DNA of 64,000 nucleotides from an uncultured Candidatus Rokubacteria bacterium (GCA_963771355.1 CAVYTA010000006.1:1600001-1664000), one strand, 5' to 3'; counted from the first letter of the stretch, positions 29,135 through 41,128 are shown. The notes: generated by a model not told the origin, from the letters alone. Made by a program: numbers and translations.

Positions 29135-31434
29135 CGGACCGCGCGCGCATCCTCGTGGTGGACGACGAGATGGGGCCGCGGGAATCGCTCCGCATGATCC
29201 TCAAGCCCCGGCACGACATCGCCACCGCCGACAGCGGCGAGGCCGCCCTCCGTACGCTGAAGAGCTTCCACCCGGACCTGATCTTCATGGACATCAAGAT
29301 GCCGCAGATGGACGGCATCGAGCTCCTCCGCCGCATCAAGAGCATCGATCCCAGCATCGAGGTCGTGATGATCACGGCCTACGCGTCCCTGGAGACGGTC
29401 AAGAACGCATTGACCCATGGGGCCTTCGAGTACTTGATCAAGCCCTTCAGCCGCCAGGACCTCGAGGAGACGGTGCGGCGCGCGCTGGCCCGGCGACAGA
29501 CCGAGGTGGGCACGCGCAATCAGCTCACCGCACTCGTGGACGAGATGCGCGCCCTCTCCGGCAAGACCCGCGACCACGAGGAAGAGGCCCGTCGCGAGCA
29601 GGCGGAACAGTCGCTCCGCGTGACCCAGCTGTCCATCCTGCGGGAAATCTCGCGCGGCTTGCTCGGCCAGCTCGACCTCACCCAGCTCGTGGCCACCATC
29701 ACCGAGCAGCTCCGCTCGGCGCTGGGCTACGACGAGGTGCGCATCCACCTGGGCTCAGCACCGGCGGAGACTCCCGCGGGCCCGTCCACGGTGGTGTGTC
29801 CCATCCGCGACGACGGCAGCACGCTGGGCTACCTCGCCGCCGCCAACCAGGGCACGCGCGCCATCGATCCGCGCGAACGCGAGCTGCTGGAGATGCTGTC
29901 GGACTACCTCGCAGTAGCCATCCGCAACTCGCGGCTCTACGGCCAGGTGGCCGACACCAAGCGATCGCTCGAGCAGCTCATCCAGTCCGCGGGTGACGGC
30001 ATCATCTCGCTGGACCGCAACGACAACATCGTGGGCTGGAATCCGGCCGCGGAGCGTATCTTCACGCTGCCCAGCCGAGATGCGATCGGCCGCCCCATCA
30101 CCGAGCTGCTGCCGCGGGACCAGTACAAGAGCGCGCGCAACGCGCTGGCCACCACCGCGCCCGTCCGGGTGTTCGAGGTCGTCTCGCGGCGCGAGGACGG
30201 CAGCGGGCTCAGCCTCGCGGTGACCCTGTCCGCCCTCACCGACCGCGAGGGGCAGCTCGAGGGCGTGCTCGCCATCGTGCACGACACCACCGCCCAGCGG
30301 GAGCTCGAGGCGCAGATGCTCCAATCGGAAAAGCTCACTGCGCTGGGACAGATGGCGGGCGGCATCGCGCATGACTTCAACAACCTGCTCCAGGCCATCC
30401 TCGGCTACGCCCAGCTCATGGGGAAGAATCCCGCCAACGTGGACGTGGTCCGGCGCGGGCTGGACGTCATCGAGGCCGCCGCCACCGGCGGCGCGGAGAC
30501 GGTGCGGCGCATCCAGAAGTTCGCGCGGCTCCGGCCCGACGAGCCGTTCGTGTCACTGGACCTCAACAGCGTGGTGAACGACGCGGTGGCGATCACCCAG
30601 CCGCGCTGGGAGGAACGCGCGGCCAAGGGCGGCCTGCCCCTGCGCATGGAGCTGAGCCTGCCCGCGATTCCCGTCGTGATGGGGCGCCCCTCGGAGCTGA
30701 ACGAGGTCATCACCAATCTCATCCTCAACGCCATCGACGCGATGCCGGAGGGCGGCGTGCTGAGCATCCGGACCAGCGTCGACCGCGGCGACTCCGTCGT
30801 CCTCACCGTGGCCGACACCGGGACCGGCATGCCGGAGGCGGTGCGCAAGCGCGTGTTCGACCCCTTCTTCACCACCAAGGGCGAGCTGGGCACCGGCCTC
30901 GGACTGTCGGTCTCCTATTCCATCGTGAAGCGCCATAACGGCGAGATGCGGGTGGACAGCCAGGTGGGACGCGGCACCGCCTTCACCATCGTGCTCCCGG
31001 CGGCGATGGCGTTCTCGGCGGATGCGCCCGCGGAGCTCGACACCCTGGGCAGCCGGCGCGGCCGCATCCTGCTGGTGGACAACGACGCCCAGGTGCTCGC
31101 CATCCTCACCGAGATGCTGCGCGAGGGGAACCACGAGGTGGTGCCGGTGGCCAGCGGCCCCGCCGCCATGGACGCCTTCCGGCCGGGGGCCTTCGACGTG
31201 ATCCTCACCAATCTCGGCATGGTGGGCATGACAGGCTGGGAGGTCGCGCAGCGCATCCGCGCCCGCGACCGCAACGTGCCGGTGGTCTTCATCACGGGAT
31301 GGGGACTACACGAGGAGGACCAGGAGCGTTGCCGGCACCTGGGAATCCACCACGTGCTCTTCAAGCCGGTCGGCCCCGGCGAGCTGCACCGGGCCATTCA
31401 GAGCACGCTCGCCGAGCACGCCGCCCGCGCCTAG
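29131..31434 (+). CDS. cytoplasmic hybrid histidine kinase REC-GAF-PAS-HisKA-HATPase-REC
   Basis: ATG overlaps the upstream stop; ILVVDDE, MDIKMP, IAHDFNN, NLILNA, DTGTG, GTGLGL, C-terminal REC. Confidence 0.93.
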   Translation: MTDRARILVVDDEMGPRESLRMILKPRHDIATADSGEAALRTLKSFHPDLIFMDIKMPQMDGIELLRRIKSIDPSIEVVMITAYASLETVKNALTHGAFEYLIKPFSRQDLEETVRRALARRQTEVGTRNQLTALVDEMRALSGKTRDHEEEARREQAEQSLRVTQLSILREISRGLLGQLDLTQLVATITEQLRSALGYDEVRIHLGSAPAETPAGPSTVVCPIRDDGSTLGYLAAANQGTRAIDPRERELLEMLSDYLAVAIRNSRLYGQVADTKRSLEQLIQSAGDGIISLDRNDNIVGWNPAAERIFTLPSRDAIGRPITELLPRDQYKSARNALATTAPVRVFEVVSRREDGSGLSLAVTLSALTDREGQLEGVLAIVHDTTAQRELEAQMLQSEKLTALGQMAGGIAHDFNNLLQAILGYAQLMGKNPANVDVVRRGLDVIEAAATGGAETVRRIQKFARLRPDEPFVSLDLNSVVNDAVAITQPRWEERAAKGGLPLRMELSLPAIPVVMGRPSELNEVITNLILNAIDAMPEGGVLSIRTSVDRGDSVVLTVADTGTGMPEAVRKRVFDPFFTTKGELGTGLGLSVSYSIVKRHNGEMRVDSQVGRGTAFTIVLPAAMAFSADAPAELDTLGSRRGRILLVDNDAQVLAILTEMLREGNHEVVPVASGPAAMDAFRPGAFDVILTNLGMVGMTGWEVAQRIRARDRNVPVVFITGWGLHEEDQERCRHLGIHHVLFKPVGPGELHRAIQSTLAEHAARA

Positions 31435-31475
31435 CGGCCGGGCGCCGGAGGTTGTCGGACGGACGGTCGTCTTTC

Positions 31476-32381
31476 CTACGCCTTCCGGTCCTTCACGAGC
31501 TTGGAGAGCTTGCAGAAGGCGCAGATCTCGCCCGTGGTCACCTGCCCGCACACCCCGCACTCCTGGAGCTCTGGCCGCGCGGTCGGCTCGAAGACCGCGC
31601 GCGCCTTGTCGAGGAATCCAAACAGGAAGTTGTGCTTGGCGCCCGGCGAGGCTTCCTCGAGGCGGTTGAGGATGTCCTTGTGGGCGAGCGAGGTGGCCCC
31701 CTTCGAGAAGGGACATTCCTCCACGATGTAGTCGATCCCGCGCAGGAAGGCATAGGCCGCCGTCTCCCGCTCGGACAGGCGGTAGAGCGGCTTCACCCGC
31801 CGCGCCAGCTTGGGATGAGTGGAGGCCAGCATAGGGGACTGGCGCGGGAGCGCGTCCATCTGCCAGTGGAGGACCGAGCCGAACAGTGTGGCCGCCTCGT
31901 CGTCGAGGTTGTGCCCGGTGGCGACCACGGCGTAGCCATGCTCGAGGGCGGCGCGATTCAGGAGGTAGCGCTTGCTGAGCCCGCAGGCCGAGCAGGTTGG
32001 CCGTCGGGTGACCTTCTGCACCTCGGGGATGGGCGCCCCCACCGCGTCCGTCACCCGCTCCACGATCAGCTTCTGGCCCCGCGCCGCCGCGAAGGCCTCG
32101 CACTTGGCCTTGGACTCCACGGAGTACTCGAAGATCCCGAGGTCGAGGTAGATGCCGTCGGTCCGATAGCCGTCCTCCAGGAGCACGTCCCAGAGAGCCA
32201 GCGAGTCCTTGCCTCCGGACACCGCCACCAGGACCGACTCGCCGGGCTCGAGCATGCGGTAGTGCCGGATGGCCTCGCGCACCTGCTTCTGGAAGAACTC
32301 GATGAAGTGCGGCGAGCAGAAGGCGGCGTTGTGGCGGCGTAGCTCCAGGGCCGCGGTGTCGCCGCACTTCCGGCACTTCAC
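31476..32381 (-). CDS. ttuA: tRNA 2-thiouridine synthetase TtuA (PP-loop ATPase)
   Basis: N- and C-terminal Zn fingers, SGGKDS, CSAC, TGHNLDDE, EECP. Confidence 0.88.
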   Translation of the reverse strand: MKCRKCGDTAALELRRHNAAFCSPHFIEFFQKQVREAIRHYRMLEPGESVLVAVSGGKDSLALWDVLLEDGYRTDGIYLDLGIFEYSVESKAKCEAFAAARGQKLIVERVTDAVGAPIPEVQKVTRRPTCSACGLSKRYLLNRAALEHGYAVVATGHNLDDEAATLFGSVLHWQMDALPRQSPMLASTHPKLARRVKPLYRLSERETAAYAFLRGIDYIVEECPFSKGATSLAHKDILNRLEEASPGAKHNFLFGFLDKARAVFEPTARPELQECGVCGQVTTGEICAFCKLSKLVKDRKA

Positions 32382-32581
32382 CGCGCGGCTCCGCCCGAGA
32401 TCACGGGCCGCAGCTCGATCTCGTCGTCCTCGCCCACCACGGTGTCGCCGGTGAGGAGCTCCGAGCCGCGGATGACCAGCACCGTCTCGGGGATGACGTC
32501 GAGCTCGCGCAGCAGATCCTTCACACGGCGTTTGCCCGTGATCTCCACCTGGCGCTTGGGATACCGGAGGGTCACCTTCAT
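32378..32581 (-). CDS. ttuB: ubiquitin-like sulfur carrier (TtuB/ThiS/MoaD family)
   Basis: 67 aa ending IELRPVISGGAAR, coupled to ttuA; TATAAT at 32595-32600 upstream. Confidence 0.85.
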   Translation of the reverse strand: MKVTLRYPKRQVEITGKRRVKDLLRELDVIPETVLVIRGSELLTGDTVVGEDDEIELRPVISGGAAR

Positions 32582-32617
32582 GCGAGTACGTCCGATTATA
32601 GCGCGTGGTACAAGGGT

Positions 32618-33223
32618 ATGGTCGCCATGAGTGCTCCCGACGCATCCCCCGCTCACGACGGCGAGGCGCGTGACGGTGCCGCACTCGCCCGCATCCCCTG
32701 GAAGACGGTCTCGTCGCGCCCGGTCTACGCCAATCCCTGGATCCGGGTGCGTGAGGACGTGGCCGCGCTGCCCGACGGCCGGACGACCATTTATGGTGTG
32801 GTCGAGTGCGCGGGCGCGGTGGGCATCCTGCCCTTCATCGATCCCGACACCGTGCTCCTGGTGGGCCAGTATCGCTACGTGGTGGGCGACTTCTACTGGG
32901 AGATGCCGACCGGCGCCGCCCATGCCGGCGAAACCCTGGAAACGACCGCCCAGCGCGAGTTGGCCGAGGAGGCGGGCTACCAGGCGGGGCGCCTCGTTCC
33001 CCTCGGAAGCTTCCACACCTCGAAGAGCATCCTGCACGAGGTGGCCCACCTCTTCCTCGCGGAAGACTTGCGGCCGGCGTCGCGACCCCCTGATCCCACG
33101 GAGTTCATCGAGCGGCGAGCGTTTCCCTTCGCGGAGGCGCTGGCGATGGTCGAGCGCGGCGAGATCAAGGACTCGATGACCATCGTGGCCGTGCTGCGCG
33201 CCGCCCGTCTCCGCGGGCGCTGA
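32618..33223 (+). CDS. NUDIX hydrolase (ADP-ribose pyrophosphatase-like)
   Basis: WEMPTG...ETTAQRELAEEAGY Nudix box, QYRY, GEIKD. Confidence 0.92.
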   Translation: MVAMSAPDASPAHDGEARDGAALARIPWKTVSSRPVYANPWIRVREDVAALPDGRTTIYGVVECAGAVGILPFIDPDTVLLVGQYRYVVGDFYWEMPTGAAHAGETLETTAQRELAEEAGYQAGRLVPLGSFHTSKSILHEVAHLFLAEDLRPASRPPDPTEFIERRAFPFAEALAMVERGEIKDSMTIVAVLRAARLRGR

Positions 33224-33227
33224 GGGG

Positions 33228-33998
33228 TCACGACTTCCCGATCAGCACCATGGGCCCCGACGGGGCGGGCAGACCGCCGGCGGGCTCGAGCGTCACGGCG
33301 AAGGCGTCGACCCGCCCCACCCCCGGCAGCGGCGACACCCGCAGGCTCGCTGTGCGCTGGGCGTCGACGGCGAACACCCCGGCGGAAACCGGCGGGCCCG
33401 TCCCCGCGATGGCCCACAGCTGATAGGTCTTCCCGGCCGGCGCGGGCGGCAAGCCCGCGGCCACGAGCAGCCCGCCCGCCTTCTCGTGCCACAGCATCCG
33501 CGCGCGTGCCTCCGGGCTCGGCGCCTGCCCGCTCAGTGCCACCACCTGGGTCGCGGGATCGCCCAGCATGGTGAGGAGGGACTGCTCCCGCTTCACCTGC
33601 GCATGGAGCTCGGCGGCCTGCTGGGAAAGGGCCTCCAGCCGCCGCTCGTAGCGGTTCGAGACCACCACCCCCACCGCGACGGCGGCGACGCCGGCCGCGA
33701 GCGCGCCCGCGAGCACCACGGTCCACCCGGAGCGACGCGGCCGCGGGGCCTCGGCGGACCGCCGCTCGGCGGCGAGGCGGGCAAGGAGCGCGGCCTTCAC
33801 CGAGGCGGGCGGAGCCTCCGGATGCTCGGCGGCGAGGCGCGCCAGGCTCTCCTCGCACCGGCGCAAGGCACGCAGGGTGTCCGCATCGCGCGCGCGCACC
33901 AGCGCTTCGAACCGCGCACGCTCGTCGCCCTCGAGCGCGCCGAGGGCATAGGCGGCGGCCAGCTCGCTCATCTCCTCCCGCTTCATCTCCCCACTCAC
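33228..33998 (-). CDS. RskA-family anti-sigma factor
   Basis: AAAYALGAL, single TM, YQLWAI, FAVTLEPAGG. Confidence 0.9.
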   Translation of the reverse strand: MSGEMKREEMSELAAAYALGALEGDERARFEALVRARDADTLRALRRCEESLARLAAEHPEAPPASVKAALLARLAAERRSAEAPRPRRSGWTVVLAGALAAGVAAVAVGVVVSNRYERRLEALSQQAAELHAQVKREQSLLTMLGDPATQVVALSGQAPSPEARARMLWHEKAGGLLVAAGLPPAPAGKTYQLWAIAGTGPPVSAGVFAVDAQRTASLRVSPLPGVGRVDAFAVTLEPAGGLPAPSGPMVLIGKS

Positions 33999-34567
33999 AA
34001 ATCGTCCACCTTGAAGAACCCCCGCAGCCGCTCGAGTCCCAGGCGCATCCGCGTCTTCACCGTGCCCAGCGGCTCGCCGAGCCGGGCGGCGATCTCGGCC
34101 TGGGTGAAGCCGCCGTAGAACGCCAGCTCGATGGCCTCCCGCTGCGGCCCCGGGAGCTGTTCCAGCGCTCCCTGCGCGAGACCGCGATCCTCGGCGGCCT
34201 GCGCGGGATCGTCGCCCCGCGTCTCGGGGCCGCGCGCCACGCGCTCATCCACCGGCGCCCCGAAGGTTTGATGTCTTCTACGGATGGAACGCAGCTTGTC
34301 GATGGCCCGGGTCTTGGCGCGCATGATGAGCCAGGCCTCGGGCGTGCCGCGGGCGGGATCGTAGCCGGCGGCGTCCTGCCACACCTGCCAGAACACCTCC
34401 TGCAACACCTCCTCGGCCGACTCCCGGTCGCGGAGCACGCGGCGAATCAGGCCGAAGGCGAGGCTCGCGTAGGTGTCGTAGAAGCGCTCGAAGGCCTCGC
34501 GGTCGCCGCGGGCGATGCGGGCGACGAGATCGGCGGCGGCGGATGACGCGGGAGTGCTCGCACGCAT
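33995..34567 (-). CDS. ECF sigma factor (SigK-like)
   Basis: AEEVLQEVFWQVW, EIAARLGEPLGTVKTRMRLGL. Confidence 0.92.
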   Translation of the reverse strand: MRASTPASSAAADLVARIARGDREAFERFYDTYASLAFGLIRRVLRDRESAEEVLQEVFWQVWQDAAGYDPARGTPEAWLIMRAKTRAIDKLRSIRRRHQTFGAPVDERVARGPETRGDDPAQAAEDRGLAQGALEQLPGPQREAIELAFYGGFTQAEIAARLGEPLGTVKTRMRLGLERLRGFFKVDDL

Positions 34568-34680
34568 GTCCTTGCCATGAGTACCAGAAGCTCTACCGCC
34601 GGACAATATCGCCGGCGACTCGACGGGGTGCGGCGGGTCCCCGGAGATCCGAAGGCGGCGTTCCGTGCGTAGAAGTAGGT

Positions 34681-35963
34681 TCAGGCGCCGGTTCGGCGGA
34701 CTACGCGGCGGGCCTTGAGCTCCCAGCGCGGCAGACTCCGCGCCGGTACGGCCACCGTCTCCACGCGGATGCCGAGCTGTACGCGCACCGCCTCCTGGAC
34801 CTGGGCGACAACGCTCCCGCCGGCCACGACCTCGAGGAGAAGCCGGACTTCGTCCATCTCGTGGCGACGGTACACCTCGATCATGAACTCGTCCACGGCC
34901 GGGAAGCGCCGGACGATGCCCTCGAGCGCGGAAGGGAACACGTTCACCCCGCGGACCACCAGCATGTCGTCCACCCGCCCGAGGAGCCCCCCCTCCAGAC
35001 GCAGGAAGGTGCGGCCGCACGGGCAGGCATCCGTGGCCACGCGCACGCGATCCCCGGTGCGGTAGCGCAGCAGCGGCGAGCCGTGCCGGCCCAGGTTCGA
35101 GAGCACCAGCTCACCCTCGCGCGCGGGCGCCCCGCTGCCGGGATCGATCACCTCGGCGACGAACTCGGTCTCGTTGACGTGGAGCCCGTTCTGGGCCTCG
35201 CACTCGAAGCCGTAGGCGCCGATCTCGGTCATGCCGGCGTGGTCATAGGCGCGCGCGCCCCAGAGCGCCTCGATGCGCGCCCGCACCGAGGGGATGCCCG
35301 CGCCCGGTTCCCCCGCATGCACGGTGGTGCGCACACCCAGCTTCTCGAGGTCCATCCCCCGCTCGCGCGCGGACTGGGCGAGATGGAGCGCGTAGGAGGG
35401 CGTGCAGCAGATCGCGGTGACCCCCAGCGTCTCCAGGGTGGCCAATCGCTGGGCGGTGTCCTGGCCACCGCCCGGAATCGCCAGCGCGCCCAGCGCCCGC
35501 GCGCCCTCGAAGCCGGCCCAGAAGCCCACGAAGAGGCCGAACGAGAAGGGAAAGAAGATCCGGTCGCCGGGTCCGAGCCCCGCCGCGCTGAAGACGAAGC
35601 CCCAGCAGCGCAGCCACCAGTCCCAGGATTCCGCGGTATCGAGCCACCGGATGGGTGCGCCGGTGGTGCCCGAGGTCTGATGGATCCGCACGTACCGGTC
35701 GAGCCCGTAGGTGAGATTGCCGCCGAAAGGCGGGGCCGCAGCCTGGTCCTCCACGAGCTCGCTCTTGCCGGTGAAGGGTAGCCGCGCGAAATCGTCCCAG
35801 TCCCGGAGGTCGTCGGCGCGGGTGACCCCCACCGAGGCCCACTTGCGCGTGATGAAGGCATTTGCGGGATGGATGGCCCGGGCCTGCGCCTGCAGGCGGG
35901 CCCACTGCTGGGCGCGGAGGGCCTCGGGCGCCTGGGTCTCGAGGCGCCGATCGAGGAAGCGTG

Positions 35964-35967
<4 letters not shown>
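34681..35967 (-). CDS. phenylacetate-CoA ligase family protein (PaaK-like)
   Basis: HQTSGTTG, CTPSYAL, AGEPG, HAGMTE, RYRTGD, GRVDDM..RGVNVFP. Confidence 0.88.
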
Positions 35968-37519
<1,552 letters not shown>

Positions 37520-37523
<4 letters not shown>

Positions 37524-38011
37524 CGCCGCTTTTGGGCCCGGCGCGAACGCGACGCCTTTCGCGCGTTGGCGGCCGCCCGGGGCCGGGCGGCGGGGGTCGA
37601 GGCCTTGGCGGCCTTCACCGCCATCGCCTCGATCTCGACCAGCAGCTCGGGCAGGACGAGCCGCGACACCACCAGGAGAGTATTGGGGGGATACACGCCG
37701 TCCGGAAAGTAACCGGGGAACACCTCCCGGCGGGCGCGCATGAAGTGGTCGATGTCGGTCGCGTGGGTGAGAAAGGTCTGGAAGCGCACCACGTCGCGCA
37801 TGCCGCAGCCAGCTGCGCGCAGGACCTTCTCGATGTTCGCGAAGGTCTGACGGGTCTGGGCCACCACGTCGCCCGGCCCCACCACGCGCCCTCCGTCTGT
37901 GCCCACCTGCCCCGCCACCACCACGATCTCACCCACGGGCGCCACCATGCCGTGCGAGTACATCCCCAACGTCGGCCCCAGCTCTTTCGACGTGACCGCG
38001 CGCGGTGCCAT
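37520..38011 (-). CDS. Rid (RidA/YjgF) family protein with basic C-terminal tail
   Basis: YSHG, VAGQVG, LVEIEAMA. Confidence 0.88.
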
Positions 38012-38021
38012 GATGGCCGGC

Positions 38022-39440
38022 TCAGCTCAGGCGCACGTACTCGAACTCGAGTGGCTGGCCGTTGATCCCGCGGGGTGGGGCGGCGATCCAGCTGGCGAAG
38101 CGTCCCGGCTCGGTGACGGGCTGCATCAGGCTGCCCACGAAGGCCTGGTCCTCGGCGGTGGGGAGCCAGTCGTGGTGGCGCGCGTCCCACTCCGCCTCGC
38201 TCAGCACGCGGCCGTCCGGAGCGACCTTGACGTCGGCGAAGCTCCCGATGGCGCGGTGGAAGGCGCGGTGAGGCAGCCGGAGCTCGACGTCGATCCCATA
38301 GCTCCGGATGACCTGGTTCCACCGGTTCACGCCGCGCTGGCAATCCGCCACGTAGTCGTCGCGCAGACGCTCGTTGAGCGAGACCAGCGCCGCTTCCTCG
38401 CGGGTCCCGATGCGGTCCCCGACGAGATCGGCCACCGAGTAGGTGGCGCCCTTGAGCGTATGGTCGTCGTCCTTCTTCGTCTCCTCGAAGCGCCCCTTCA
38501 GGCCCATGGTGTAGAAGTTAGCCGCGTTGGTGGACACCTCGGAGCCGAAGAGATCGAGGGATACCGAGCAGTGGAAGTTGATGTACTTCTGGATGGTGGC
38601 GAGATCGAGGCCGCCGTGCTTGCGCACGTCCTCGGTACGGTGCTCGCGCATGAGCTCGCAGGTGCGCTGGACGATACGCTGCACGCCCGACTCGCCCACG
38701 AACATGTGGTGGGCCTCCTCGGTAAGCATGAAGCGGCACGTGCGGGAGAGCGGGTCGAATCCGCTCTCGGCGAGACTGGCCAGCTGGTACTTGCCGTCGC
38801 GGTCGGTGAAGAAGCAGAACATGAAGAAGGACAGCCAGTCCGGCGTCTGCTCGTTGAAGGCGCCGAGGATACGGGGCTTGTCGGCGTCCCCCGAGCGCCG
38901 CTGGAGCAGCGCCTCGGACTCCTCGCGCCCGTCCCGGCCGAAGTGGGCGTCGAGGAGATACACCATGGCCCAGAGGTGTCGGCCCTCCTCCACGTTGACC
39001 TGGAAGAGGTTACGGAGGTCATACAGTGACGGGCACGTGCGCCCGAGGTGCTGCTGTTGCTCCACCGAGGCCGGTTCCGTGTCGCCCTGGGTCACGATGA
39101 GCCGGCGCAGGACGCCGCGGTACTCGCCGGGCACCTCCGGCCAGGCCGGGCTGCCCTTGTGATCGCCGAAGTTGACCACGCGCCCGGGCTCGGGCTCGGC
39201 GAGGAAAATGCCCCAGCGATAGTCCGGCATGCGGACGTAGCCGAAATTCGCCCAACCCTGCGCGTCCACGCTCACCGCGGTCCGGAGGTAGACGTCCTTG
39301 GCCTGGAAGCCGAGCGGCCCCATATCCTTCCACCACTCGAGGAACTTGGGCTGCCAATCCTCGAGCGCGCGCTGGAGCCGGCGGTTCTCCGAGAGGTTCA
39401 CGTTGTTGGGAATTCGCTCGGTGTAGTCGATGCCGGCCAT
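38022..39440 (-). CDS. boxB: benzoyl-CoA 2,3-epoxidase subunit B
   Basis: IPNNVNL, QGDTEPASVEQQ, VNVEEGRHLWAM, MLTEEAHHMFVG. Confidence 0.97.
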   Translation of the reverse strand: MAGIDYTERIPNNVNLSENRRLQRALEDWQPKFLEWWKDMGPLGFQAKDVYLRTAVSVDAQGWANFGYVRMPDYRWGIFLAEPEPGRVVNFGDHKGSPAWPEVPGEYRGVLRRLIVTQGDTEPASVEQQQHLGRTCPSLYDLRNLFQVNVEEGRHLWAMVYLLDAHFGRDGREESEALLQRRSGDADKPRILGAFNEQTPDWLSFFMFCFFTDRDGKYQLASLAESGFDPLSRTCRFMLTEEAHHMFVGESGVQRIVQRTCELMREHRTEDVRKHGGLDLATIQKYINFHCSVSLDLFGSEVSTNAANFYTMGLKGRFEETKKDDDHTLKGATYSVADLVGDRIGTREEAALVSLNERLRDDYVADCQRGVNRWNQVIRSYGIDVELRLPHRAFHRAIGSFADVKVAPDGRVLSEAEWDARHHDWLPTAEDQAFVGSLMQPVTEPGRFASWIAAPPRGINGQPLEFEYVRLS

Positions 39441-41128
39441 CAGACTCTCCTCCGGTCGAATTCGGCGCGGTCCCCTGTCCCGTACACCTTGAGGGCCCCG
39501 CCCGCTCCCACCGCGTTCGGACGCTGGAAAATCCAGTTCTGCCAGGCGGAGAGGCGCGCGAAGATCTTGCTCTCGAGGGTCTCGGGGCCGCCGAACCGGA
39601 GCGACGCCTCCATGCCGGTGAGGGCGTCGGGAGAGAACGCCGCCCGCGCCTCCAGCGCGATGCGCACCTCATCCTCCCAATCGATGTCGTCGGGCGCGAA
39701 GGTCACCAGCCCGGCCTCCAGCGCGGCCGCCGCGTCCAGGTCCTGGCCGAGCCGCCCCTTGAGGTCGTCGGCCCGCGCGGGCTCGTCGAGAAAGCGGCTC
39801 GCGAGCCGGCCGAGGCCATTGACCATGGGATAGGCGCCGAGGTTCAGCGCGGTCAGGCGCACGGCGGCCGCCGGGCGGTCGTCGCCCTCGCGAGTCCCGT
39901 CCAGCATGTAGGACCGGTCGCAGGCGAGCGCCAGCTCGAGGAGGGTGCCCGCGAAGCAGGACCCGGGCTCGATGAGAGCGAAGAGCGAGCGGGAGGTCAC
40001 GTCCAAGCGCTTGAAGACCCGACGCAGGTAGAGCCGGATCTCCCGCACCAGCCAGTCACTCTGGTGATCGAGAAGCAGCCGGTCGTGGGCCTCCACGCCG
40101 TCGGCGCTGCCCACCGTCTTCCACACCCAGAGCCCCAGCTCCTCCTCGTTGGTCCGGAGGTGGAGAATCAAGTCGTCGAGCTCTCGCGCCAGAGCGAGGG
40201 GCCAGAACGCAGAGCCCAACTCGTGGATGGCGGCGAGTCCGGCGGGGGCCGGCGACTCGGGCGCGGCCACGGTGATCTCGGCGATGCCGCGCGCCCGGTC
40301 CAGCGTGCAGGTCACGTGGCGGTAGGCGATGTGGTCGCCCGTGATCGTCCGCTCCAGTGGGGAGAGCGCGATGCCACGGGCGTCCGCCGGACGGTCGCTA
40401 CCGGCGGCGCGCTCCGCGGCGCGCCGGCGCACCGTCTCCTCCAGCCGGGAGCGCGGCACCACCTCGTCCACCAGCCGCCACTCCACCGCCCGCCCGCCCT
40501 TGATGCCCTCCTCGAGCGTGCAGAAGAAGTCCGCCCGGTCCCGCCGCACATGCCGCTTGTCCACGAGGCGGGTGAGCCCGCCGGTGCCGGGGAGCACCGC
40601 CAGCAGCGGCACTTCCGGCAGCGACACGGTGGTGGAGGCGTCGTCGGCCATCACGATGTGCTCGCAGGCCAGCGCCAGCTCGTAGCCGCCGCCCGCGCAG
40701 GGGCCGTTCACCGCACAGATCCAGGTCTGGTGTGACTCCGCGGTCGCCTCCTCGATGCCGTTGCGCGTCTCGTTGGTGAACTTGCAGAAGTTCACCTTCC
40801 AGGCGTGGGTGGATTGGCTCAGCATGCGGATGTTTGCGCCCGCGCAGAAGACGCGCTCCTTGGCGGAGGTGAGGATGACCGCGCCCACCTCGGGGTGCTC
40901 GAAGCGCAGGCGCTGCACGGTGTCGTAGAGCTCGATGTCCACGCCGAGGTCATAGGAGTTGAGCTTGAGCTCGTAGCCGGGTACCAGTCCACCGTCCTCA
41001 CGGACGTCCATGGCCAGTGTGGCCACCCGCCCGTCCACGGCCAGCTTCCAGTGCCGATACCGGGACGGCTCGGTACGGAAGTCCACGGTCACGCGCGCGG
41101 TCTCGGCCATTGCCTCGTCTCCCGTCAC
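39440..41128 (-). CDS. boxC: 2,3-epoxybenzoyl-CoA dihydrolase
   Basis: LKLNSYDLGVDIEL, KVNFCKFTNETRN, RLSAWQNWIFQRPNAVG. Confidence 0.96.
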   Translation of the reverse strand: MTGDEAMAETARVTVDFRTEPSRYRHWKLAVDGRVATLAMDVREDGGLVPGYELKLNSYDLGVDIELYDTVQRLRFEHPEVGAVILTSAKERVFCAGANIRMLSQSTHAWKVNFCKFTNETRNGIEEATAESHQTWICAVNGPCAGGGYELALACEHIVMADDASTTVSLPEVPLLAVLPGTGGLTRLVDKRHVRRDRADFFCTLEEGIKGGRAVEWRLVDEVVPRSRLEETVRRRAAERAAGSDRPADARGIALSPLERTITGDHIAYRHVTCTLDRARGIAEITVAAPESPAPAGLAAIHELGSAFWPLALARELDDLILHLRTNEEELGLWVWKTVGSADGVEAHDRLLLDHQSDWLVREIRLYLRRVFKRLDVTSRSLFALIEPGSCFAGTLLELALACDRSYMLDGTREGDDRPAAAVRLTALNLGAYPMVNGLGRLASRFLDEPARADDLKGRLGQDLDAAAALEAGLVTFAPDDIDWEDEVRIALEARAAFSPDALTGMEASLRFGGPETLESKIFARLSAWQNWIFQRPNAVGAGGALKVYGTGDRAEFDRRRV

